64,000 bases of DNA. Origin: a virus. The first letter of the stretch is position 1; each line of letters begins with the position of its first letter. The stretch lies in the IMG/VR virus record IMGVR_UViG_3300047174_000111, positions 1 to 64,000 of that record; one strand, written 5' to 3'. The notes beneath the pieces were generated by a model. The model did not search any database and had not been told where the DNA came from. It saw only the letters and a list, made by a program, of their open reading frames with translations. This document shows, one piece after another, positions 56,055 to 64,000 of the stretch. The translations under genes and the position numbers were made by a program.

Positions 56055-57282
56055 GTCCCTCCGCGAGAAACCCCGGCCTTCAGGCCGGGGAGGGATAGCG
56101 GTTCGCGCGACAGCGCGAAGACCTTGACGGCGCATCGAATGCCTTCCATACTTGACGGCATGAAGCTCGTAGCTGCCGTGAAGATGATGCCAACGACCGA
56201 GCAGGCCGCGTGCCTGACGGCGACGCTGGCGCGCTGCAACGAGGCGTGCTCGTGGCTGGCCGGTATCGGTTTCGACACGAAGACATTCCGGCAATACGAC
56301 CTGCACAAAGCTACCTATGCGGAACTGCGCACCCGCTTCGGATTGACCGCGCAAGCCGCCGTGCGATCCATCTCCAAGGTCGCGGACGCCTTCAAGGTCA
56401 ACCGCGATGTCGCGCCTGTCTTTCGAGCCGATGCGGCACAGCCCTACGACGACCGCATTATCCGTTTCGTTAAGGATGGCAGCGCGGTCAGCCTGTGGAC
56501 GCTGGAAGGCCGCATGGTGGTTCCCATCGTGATGGGCGAACACCAGAAGCGGCTGATGGTATTCCGCAAGGGCGAAGTTGACCTGTGCCTCGTGCGCGGG
56601 AAATGGATGCTCGCCGCGACATGCGACATTCCCGAGACCGACGAGTTCAAGGCCGAAGACTGGCTGGGCGTCGATCTTGGCATCGTCTCGCTGGCCGTGG
56701 ATAGCGACGGCGCGACCTACAGCGGGGCCGAAGTGGAGCGTGTCCGCCGCCGCCAGCAAAAGCGCCGGAGCGGGTTGCAGAAGTGCGGCACCAAGGCCGC
56801 CAAGCGGCGGCTCCGCAAGCTGGCGGGAAAACAAGCGAGGTTTCAGAAGCACACCAACCACTGCATCGCTAAGGCTGTCGTGATGGACGCTGAACGCACT
56901 GGACGCGGGATTGCCCTCGAAGACCTCAAGGGTATCCGTAGCCGGGTTACGGCTCGCAGCAACCAACGCGCACGATTGGGGAATTGGGGTTTCGCACAGC
57001 TTGGCGCATTCGTCTCCTACAAGGCGAAGCGCGCTGGCGTCCCCGTGGTCTTTGTCGATCCGCGCAATACATCCCGGCAGTGCCGGGAATGTGGATGCAT
57101 CGACAAGAAGAACCGAACCAATCAAGCCAACTTCTCCTGTGTTTCGTGTGGGCACCAAGCGCCCGCCGATCTCAACGCGGCCCGGAATATTCGGGCCAAG
57201 GCTTCTGTAACCAAGCCCTGTGTTCTGGCCGCCTAATAAGCAGCACGGAAAAGCCCCTCCCTTCAGGGAGGGGATCGGTTAC
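56055..57282 (+). mobile_element. IS200/IS605-type solo-TnpB element
   Basis: Subterminal hairpins CCCCGGCCTTCAGGCCGGGG and CCCCTCCCTTCAGGGAGGGG flank tnpB; no tnpA; ends approximate. Confidence 0.8.
56160..57236 (+). CDS. tnpB: TnpB RNA-guided endonuclease
   Basis: GVDLG, IALEDL, TSRQCRECG, ADLNAARNI. Confidence 0.95.
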   Translation: MKLVAAVKMMPTTEQAACLTATLARCNEACSWLAGIGFDTKTFRQYDLHKATYAELRTRFGLTAQAAVRSISKVADAFKVNRDVAPVFRADAAQPYDDRIIRFVKDGSAVSLWTLEGRMVVPIVMGEHQKRLMVFRKGEVDLCLVRGKWMLAATCDIPETDEFKAEDWLGVDLGIVSLAVDSDGATYSGAEVERVRRRQQKRRSGLQKCGTKAAKRRLRKLAGKQARFQKHTNHCIAKAVVMDAERTGRGIALEDLKGIRSRVTARSNQRARLGNWGFAQLGAFVSYKAKRAGVPVVFVDPRNTSRQCRECGCIDKKNRTNQANFSCVSCGHQAPADLNAARNIRAKASVTKPCVLAA

Positions 57283-57488
57283 TGTCGCGCTGCCTTCTTG
57301 AGGCGGGCAATGACACCCTTCCGGATCCCGATTTTCTGATATGACGCAGGAATGCGCGTCACGGCGCCGGTCTCGGCGTGGCGGAGCTGCATGTGGCCCT
57401 GGCTGTTTCGCCCGGTGGGCCTCCAGCCGTGCTCTCGTGCGATGGCGAGCACCTCGCGCTCGTCCCGGTTCGCGCAGCTTCCGCTCAT
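57279..57488 (-). CDS. HicA-like small protein
   Basis: GW......GHMQLRH...G..T.IP. Confidence 0.5.
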   Translation of the reverse strand: MSGSCANRDEREVLAIAREHGWRPTGRNSQGHMQLRHAETGAVTRIPASYQKIGIRKGVIARLKKAARQ

Positions 57489-58075
57489 GCGTCGCGGAGC
57501 CTTTCGGGGAGCCGCCATCGAGGTGGTCCCTTCGAGACTAGGTTCACCGCGTGGTACCCGCAGGGATGAGGCGTCAGCGTGATCTGACCTCCGCACCACT
57601 CGCACTGGACGTGCTGGCGCTCGGCGGTCGGATCGAACGGCGTGTTCCCGCAGCAGAAGCCGCACATCATGGTTGCGATCTTGTCGCGTTCATACTGCTT
57701 CTGCGCCGCGCCATATCGCTCCAGATAGGCCATGGTGCGTTGCATGACGGAGGCGCGCCTCGGCGGCGGGGTAAACGGCGGGTCGATCACATCAAAACCT
57801 CATCGATGACTGCGGTGGCCCTGAAATAACATCTGGACCACAGCAGCGCCACATCATAATGTGTCGACGCGGCGCACGTCGGATGGCTGCCAGGGCGGTC
57901 GGTGCGGACTGATCCTGGCCACGCGTCGGCAGGCGTGGCCGCAATACTGGGCTGTTTCCTCCCAACCTTGGCCGGCCCGGTTATGTGACACCCGGGCCGG
58001 CCTTTTTTGTTGCGCCGCTCGATGCGGGGACCAAGACGCGGTTGAGCCGCTCCAAGACCCTGGAGCGCGCCCCGC

Positions 58076-59149
58076 ATGACAGACGCCGAGCTCGAAGAAT
58101 TCCTGCGCGCGCGTTTGGCCTCGCCACAGGATCACATGACCGCGGCGCACATCATTGGCGACCTGGTCAAGCTCGCGCCGCTGTTCGCCGATGCTGAAAC
58201 GCTGCCCGGCGCGAAGGCGACGCTGGAGCGCTGGCAGGCCGAGGGCGGTGAGCTGCGCAAGGGCATCGCAACGGCGTGGCTGGCGCGGGCGCGCGGCGCG
58301 CTGGAGGCCGGCGCGGAAAAGGCCGGGGAGCTGGGCGCGAAGGCCGGAGCGGCGATCGAGCCGCATTCCCCGGCCGGGCGGGACATGCGCGACTACGCCG
58401 GCGGCCTGAAAGGACGTCCGACCACATCGGCCGGCAAGAAGATGGAGGCGGACGCGGCCGACTACGGTCGCCGGACCGCCGATGCAGCGTCTCGGCTTCG
58501 GGCCGCCCTTCGTCCGCACGAGGAGGCGCAGCACCAAGCTGATCTGCATGCGGGACGTACGGGCCGCAGTCACGCGACCGACGTCCGCCAGGGCCGGGCG
58601 GCCCGCGCGGACGACGAGTGGGTCAACGCCGGCGCGCGCCACTCGCGCCAGCGATCGATCGCGGCGCATCAGGATGCGTACGCCCGGATGGGCCGCACCG
58701 CGGCGAAGTTCGGGTTCAAGGCCGGCCTCGCCGTGGCAGGCGCGGGCACTGCGGCCGGCGCGGCGGCGGGGGCTCACGCCATGCTGTCCGATGCCCAGCG
58801 CAAGGAGCGCGTCTCGGCCGCCAAGGCGCGCTGGTCGCATCAGGAGAGCATGAACAAGGCGGCGGCCCGTGATGATCTCGCGAAGCTCAATCTCGTCAGC
58901 GCGGCCCGCAATGTCGTGCGCGGCGCGCGTCTCGGGATGAAGGCCTACCGCGCGGTCGACACGCTGAAGGCCGCAGCCTCGGGTGTGGGTTCAGCCAGCG
59001 ACATCGCCCGCGCCACGAGGCCGATGGACCGGCGCGCTTTCATCCAGGGCGCGGCCACTTCGGCACTGAAATCGGCTGCGAAATCCTCATCGCTCGCGAA
59101 GCATCCGATCGCGCGCGTAGCGATAAAGGCAAGCGAGGCAATGTCATGA
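58076..59149 (+). CDS. Ala-rich basic head-associated protein
   Basis: Directly upstream of the protease; shares the L.DA.R..R..AA.ARW motif with the MuF protein. Confidence 0.6.
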   Translation: MTDAELEEFLRARLASPQDHMTAAHIIGDLVKLAPLFADAETLPGAKATLERWQAEGGELRKGIATAWLARARGALEAGAEKAGELGAKAGAAIEPHSPAGRDMRDYAGGLKGRPTTSAGKKMEADAADYGRRTADAASRLRAALRPHEEAQHQADLHAGRTGRSHATDVRQGRAARADDEWVNAGARHSRQRSIAAHQDAYARMGRTAAKFGFKAGLAVAGAGTAAGAAAGAHAMLSDAQRKERVSAAKARWSHQESMNKAAARDDLAKLNLVSAARNVVRGARLGMKAYRAVDTLKAAASGVGSASDIARATRPMDRRAFIQGAATSALKSAAKSSSLAKHPIARVAIKASEAMS

Positions 59150-60702
59150 CCCTCTTGAACGCCGCGGCCGCGCCGCGCACGCTGGTCATTCCGTTGACCA
59201 AGATCGACGTCGAGAAGCGCCTCGTCTACGGCGTGGCGGCGGCCGAAATCCGCGACCAGGCCGGCGAGGTGATGGATTACGCCTCCGCCAAGCCCGCCTT
59301 CGCGAGCTGGTCCAAGTCGTTCGAGGACGCCACCGGCGGCCTGTCAAAGGGCAACCTGCGGGAGATGCACAATCCCAAGATGGTCGCCGGCCGGCTCGAC
59401 CAGCTCGGGTTCGACGATGACGGCAAGCGCATCGAGGTCTGCGCCAAGGTCACCGATGACCAGGCTTGGAAGAAGTGCCTGGACGGCTGCTACACCGGAT
59501 TCTCGGTTGGTGGCGGCTACGGCCCAAAGTGGACCGACGACGCCGGCAACAAGCGCTACACGCCGATCGTCCGCGAGTTGTCGCTTGTGGACAATCCCTG
59601 CATCCCGACGGCGCGGTTCGCCGAGCTGGTCAAGGCGCACGGCGTGGTGGAGCAGCTGGAGCTGCGCGGCTCGCCCCTCACCACGTTCGCCACGGCGTGG
59701 GCCGCGCGGCCGCGCACCTTCGCGGAGCAATGGGACGGAAGGCTGCGGAGCTTCGGCGATCTGCACAAGGCATGGGACGAGAGCAAGCATCCGCGCGACC
59801 ATGGCAAATTCGCGAGTGAAGGAGGTTCAAGCGATCGCGACGACGACTATGAGGCGCGACGCTGGCGCGCGGGCATTATCGGCGGCGTTCTCGGGACAGT
59901 TGCGCTGCCTGTACCTTTCCTCGGCACCTATGCTGGCTATAGGCTTGGGCGTGCACTTGTCAGCCGCGGGCCGGCCGCAGGCCACACCCAGCAAGACTTC
60001 GACGATATCGCCCAGCTGGAGGAAATTTCGCGCCAAGAGGATGCTGCCACGGCGCGACGCTACATGCAGGGGCAGACAGCCCGCGAGCCACGTCCCCAGC
60101 AACACAATCCTGGCGGTCAAGCCAGATATCGCGAGCGTCCGCTTCCGCCCAACTCCAGGGCCCAGAACGCAACCCGGCTCAGCGGCAAACAACTTGCCGT
60201 GCCGGTGACGAGAGCGCACCCAGTGCAGACGCAGGCCAGCATGCCGGGTCGGCGACTTCCGCCGAACGACGAGGGCCACGAAGACGGCGCTCCGTTCCGT
60301 GCCTCGACCGGCGCGCGCGGTCCGATGGCGGCGCAGATGCCTCGAACGCAGCAGCACGACACGGGGCAATCCGCCTCGAATCCTGCGCGTCCGCTGCCGC
60401 GCAACGATCTTGGGAAGAACTGGGCCGGATGGCTGGGCGCACAGGCTGTGTCAACTGTCGTGCCGGGCACGACAACGCTCGGGGTTTACCGGAGCTTCGG
60501 GGGTGGAAAGGGACGCAATCCCTCTCGGCGTATCAAACAGCCGAAGGCGCCGGCAGCTCAAACCGATACCTCAGCCCCTCCTGCAGACACAAGCGGCGGC
60601 ACCGACCAGCAGCGCGCGGGCTACCAGAGGTTCCAGCAGACGCAGCGTTCTGTTCGGAGCGCCTTCGGTATGCGCACGAAGGGGTGGGGCGCGCCATCGT
60701 GA
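59146..60702 (+). CDS. Prohead protease with long C-terminal extension
   Basis: KID.EKRLVYG, LREMH, YTGFSVGG, ELSLVDNP. Confidence 0.85.
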   Translation: MTLLNAAAAPRTLVIPLTKIDVEKRLVYGVAAAEIRDQAGEVMDYASAKPAFASWSKSFEDATGGLSKGNLREMHNPKMVAGRLDQLGFDDDGKRIEVCAKVTDDQAWKKCLDGCYTGFSVGGGYGPKWTDDAGNKRYTPIVRELSLVDNPCIPTARFAELVKAHGVVEQLELRGSPLTTFATAWAARPRTFAEQWDGRLRSFGDLHKAWDESKHPRDHGKFASEGGSSDRDDDYEARRWRAGIIGGVLGTVALPVPFLGTYAGYRLGRALVSRGPAAGHTQQDFDDIAQLEEISRQEDAATARRYMQGQTAREPRPQQHNPGGQARYRERPLPPNSRAQNATRLSGKQLAVPVTRAHPVQTQASMPGRRLPPNDEGHEDGAPFRASTGARGPMAAQMPRTQQHDTGQSASNPARPLPRNDLGKNWAGWLGAQAVSTVVPGTTTLGVYRSFGGGKGRNPSRRIKQPKAPAAQTDTSAPPADTSGGTDQQRAGYQRFQQTQRSVRSAFGMRTKGWGAPS

Positions 60703-60725
60703 CCATGTTCGGGGTCATCATCTGA

Positions 60726-63700
60726 ATGCCGCGTCCTCACTTCGACGCCACGCTGATCGGTGAGCTGCGCAACCGCGTGGTCGCGCACAACCAGCGCACG
60801 CCCTCCGCACTGGCCAAGCTCGGCCATGTGAAGCGCATCTACGAGAAGGCCTACAGCGGCCCGACGCCGCACGAGCGCGCGCTGGCCAAAGTCGATGCCC
60901 ACCTGAATGACCTGGCCAAGGCCGGAGAGTTCGACGATGCAGAGCATCCGCGCGGCGCCCACGGTCGCTTCTCTCGCACCGCTGCGGCCAAGCCGGGCGT
61001 CTCCATCCCGCTGCCGGCGACGCAGGATGAGCATCAGAAACTCCAGCAGACGAACGCAGGCTATCGCGCGCTGACCACGGATCTGCTCCCGACGCGCCAC
61101 AACGAGATCATCGGCGGCGTCGTCCGCGATGTCGGTTCCGCGGCGGCTGGAGGCCTTCTCGTTGCCGGCCTGCTGCGCGGTCGTCCCGGCGGCGCAGTGC
61201 GGCGCGGCGCGCGCTGGATCGGCGGCATGGCAGGGAAATATGGCCTCGGTATTCCCGTCTCTCTGACAGCGCATGGGCTGACAGCCGGCGCGGGCGTCAC
61301 GCGCGCCGCGATCGCACGCGGTCGGGGCAGGCCTGCACCACCTGATCCGAGCCACGACCTGGCGGCACGGATCAGCGAATGGTTCGGCGCTCATGGTCAG
61401 CGGATCGGTGCCGCAACGGCCGACCTCAGCATGGGCGCCGCTTCAGCTGCGGCGCGGGCCGCGGTTCACGTCGCCGGCTCGACAGCGCGAACTCCCGGAC
61501 AAGCGCGCCTCCGCCGCGTCGGCGCCGCGGCTGCGCTGGCAGCGGTTCCAGCGCTGGCGATCCGAAGCAAGATCGAGGACACGCAATTGGACCCCGCCGT
61601 CATCGGCCGCAACATCGACGCCTACTCGTATCGCTCGGTCCAGAAACTGGCCGGGGACCCAAACGCCGAGGATCTGCTCAAGGCGAGCTTCCTGCGATAT
61701 CCCTATGTCGGCGGCGTGGCGCGCGCGGTCCGCACCGGCGCCGCTGCGGTGGGCGGAGCCGCGGCCGGCGCACTGGCAGGCTTTGGGATTCACGCCGCGA
61801 CGGGTGCCGGCGATCACGCGCGGGGCAACCCCAACCACGACGCGCGCGGCAGGTTCACGTCGCGTGACGCCGCCGTCTCGGGGGGCGCGCTTCTGGGCGG
61901 CGCTGCGGCCGGGCTGGGCGTCTATGCGGCGCTGCGAAGCCACAACACCGCCCAGCTAAGCCGCGCTCTGGCGAGGAGCAGCACCAAGCTGGCCCGCAAG
62001 CTGGCGGCGGTTCGGTCGGAAACCGGCATCGGCTCAGTGCCGAAAATGATCGCGGAACGGGACGCGCGTGTTCGCGAGATGATGGACGAGGAGCCCTTTG
62101 CTTCTCGGCTCAAGGACGCGGGTGCCAGCCTGCAGGAGCCGTCGGGAGAGTTCCGGGTGGTCAATGCCAAGGCGTACACCCGGGCGAAGGTAAACGACCA
62201 CCTTGCCTCCAAGCTGAGCCAGATCGACGAGTTTGCAATCCCCAATGAGGTGAGCGGCGCGTCGAAGTCGATGCGCGACCTGCGCGCCAAGGCTCGGACC
62301 CACGTCGATCCGGACATTGTCGCAAAACAGAAGGTCCTCGAATTCGTCGCTTCGGCCACGCCGAAGGAATTCCACGACGCGCTGGCGACCGTGCCGGACG
62401 AAAAGGTGCGCCAGGAGATCGGCTCGATCTTCGATAAGCGTCAGGAATGGATCAACGCCGTCGATGACCAAATCGCCGCCCATCATGAAGCCATTGCGCA
62501 AGCCGAAGCCGAAGTCAAAAAAACGAGCCAGAGAGCGGCGGACGCGCAGGTCGCAGCAGACAAAGCGAGCGCCGCTCACGAAGCCGCCGAAGGAAAAGCC
62601 AAAGCAGCGGCCAAGAAGCGCTTCGACGCCGCCGATAAGGCTTTCGACGACGCCGACGAGGCTCACCAAACCGCCATCAGCCGTCTGGACGATCTGAAGA
62701 AGCAGCCGACCGGCGTGAGGTTGCCCAAGGAGCTGGGCGGCGCCGCCGTCCCGAAGCCGTCCCGCGAAGCGACGGAGCGGAGCCGATCGTCGATCATTGA
62801 GGCCGTACGGAGCGACGCCCGGAAGAAGGCCGACAAGGAGATCGCTGATGCGCGCGATGCGCAGGAGCGCGACATCGTTCATCGGCACAGCCGCGCGGTG
62901 GCCGCGCATACACACATGACGCACTCCTCCGGCGCCGCGGTACCCGACCAGGCCGCGGCCGAGGCGCGCGCCGTCGCGGCAGCCTCGGTCGCGCATGAGC
63001 AGGCCCGCGACGCGCTGAACACGGCGCACCGCAACCTGATCGAGACGCAGCAGCGTCACGACGCCCACGTCTCGATCACGCCGCTGCCGAGCCAGCGCAA
63101 GGACCACACCGCCGCGACGAAGGCCCTCAAGGCGCAGATCAAGCAGCACCAGGCCGATCTGAAAGCCGCCCATGCCGCGGTCAGCACGACAAGCGCGGAT
63201 GTGACCGGCGCTGTGCAGGCGATGGAGCGCCAGATGCGCGTCGCCGCGGCGTCGACGGGCGGACCACGCCTGCCCCGCCAGATGATCGGCGATCTGAGGC
63301 TTGAAGTGATGCGCGCGGCGCGCGCCGCAGCCTCGCCGGTGGATGCTTTCATCCGGTCACCCTCAGCGGCGGCCTTGAAGCAGTTCGCCTCGTCGGCGAT
63401 CGGCCTCGCCGGCGCAACCGCCGCTGCGACCGGGGAAGGCATCAAGGAGACCGCGAAGAAAGCATTCCTGACAGAGGACGGGTCAGCGCTGCATCCCGGC
63501 AAGGCGATCGCCTCTATCGGCGTGGCCACGGCCGCGACCGACGCGATCCTGGACCACGGCGCGCATATCCGCCGGGCCCTGTTCGGCTCCGACGAGGAGA
63601 AAGAGTCGGCCAAGCCGCTCAAGGCCCCCAAGGGGTTCCGGACCGAACACAAGGTGCATCCCATCACCGGCGCGGGCTATATCGCGGTCCACGCGCCCGA

Positions 63701-64000
63701 CCCCGACAACAAGGGCGAGCGTCTGGTGGTTTACGGCGAGCACTACAAGAACGATGGGTCGACGACACCTCTCCGCGCCGGTTCGACGCTATCGGATGTG
63801 CGTCGCGCGGTTGCCGATTATGAACAGAAATACCAGCAGCAGCGCCCGCAGAACCAGAACGCGCCCAGCAGCAGCACGATCGGGGGCGCGACGAGCGGCC
63901 CGCGCGAGCTGCGTGATGCGCAGAACCTGGAGCCGAACCGCAAGGCCCTGATCGACAAGACCGTGGCCGCGCTCAAGGGCACGCAGGGCGGCCTGCAGAC
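60726..64000 (+). CDS. Large Ala-rich virion/cargo protein (over 1090 aa, runs off the window)
   Basis: ATG at 60726; absent from the ORF track, consistent with no stop before the window end; contains FDDAEHPRGAHGRF and NPNHDARGRFT. Confidence 0.7.
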   Translation, partial: MPRPHFDATLIGELRNRVVAHNQRTPSALAKLGHVKRIYEKAYSGPTPHERALAKVDAHLNDLAKAGEFDDAEHPRGAHGRFSRTAAAKPGVSIPLPATQDEHQKLQQTNAGYRALTTDLLPTRHNEIIGGVVRDVGSAAAGGLLVAGLLRGRPGGAVRRGARWIGGMAGKYGLGIPVSLTAHGLTAGAGVTRAAIARGRGRPAPPDPSHDLAARISEWFGAHGQRIGAATADLSMGAASAAARAAVHVAGSTARTPGQARLRRVGAAAALAAVPALAIRSKIEDTQLDPAVIGRNIDAYSYRSVQKLAGDPNAEDLLKASFLRYPYVGGVARAVRTGAAAVGGAAAGALAGFGIHAATGAGDHARGNPNHDARGRFTSRDAAVSGGALLGGAAAGLGVYAALRSHNTAQLSRALARSSTKLARKLAAVRSETGIGSVPKMIAERDARVREMMDEEPFASRLKDAGASLQEPSGEFRVVNAKAYTRAKVNDHLASKLSQIDEFAIPNEVSGASKSMRDLRAKARTHVDPDIVAKQKVLEFVASATPKEFHDALATVPDEKVRQEIGSIFDKRQEWINAVDDQIAAHHEAIAQAEAEVKKTSQRAADAQVAADKASAAHEAAEGKAKAAAKKRFDAADKAFDDADEAHQTAISRLDDLKKQPTGVRLPKELGGAAVPKPSREATERSRSSIIEAVRSDARKKADKEIADARDAQERDIVHRHSRAVAAHTHMTHSSGAAVPDQAAAEARAVAAASVAHEQARDALNTAHRNLIETQQRHDAHVSITPLPSQRKDHTAATKALKAQIKQHQADLKAAHAAVSTTSADVTGAVQAMERQMRVAAASTGGPRLPRQMIGDLRLEVMRAARAAASPVDAFIRSPSAAALKQFASSAIGLAGATAAATGEGIKETAKKAFLTEDGSALHPGKAIASIGVATAATDAILDHGAHIRRALFGSDEEKESAKPLKAPKGFRTEHKVHPITGAGYIAVHAPDPDNKGERLVVYGEHYKNDGSTTPLRAGSTLSDVRRAVADYEQKYQQQRPQNQNAPSSSTIGGATSGPRELRDAQNLEPNRKALIDKTVAALKGTQGGLQ

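Noticed and set aside
56104-56118. 9-nt match between the TnpB left-end hairpin and the predicted guide flank at 57282
   Set aside because: Too short and GC-rich to distinguish from chance.

Overview
This is a GC-rich segment of a large tailed-phage or prophage genome. The host is probably an alphaproteobacterium, inferred from a GcrA-like domain and a tRNA-Thr and DUF932 protein of alphaproteobacterial type. In order, the window holds: the end of a lysis module (1-1581); an array of 25 recognisable tRNAs plus a truncated tRNA-Val, interleaved with structured non-tRNA RNAs (about 1990-4660); an IS607 element and an HNH gene; a long minus-strand early/recombination operon (ERF, SSB, DUF2303, ASCH, DUF1643; 7.1-22 kb); a 10.6-kb minus-strand array of small early genes (22.1-33.1 kb); replication genes; terminase, an intein-containing portal and a MuF-like head protein; a solo TnpB element; a prohead protease; and the start of an ORF of more than 1000 aa. 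The main discovery is that almost every gene in the 22.1-33.1 kb array, and both genes of a small unit at 36.5-37.5 kb, is preceded by a type II hammerhead-ribozyme fold. The layout is stop codon, CGAAAC-stem III-GUC, stem I, CUGANGA-G, start codon, and the catalytic core overlaps or abuts the Shine-Dalgarno sequence. I count 22 copies on the minus strand with covarying stems and several core variants, plus one type I hammerhead in the tRNA array. All calls are by eye and no database searches were run.
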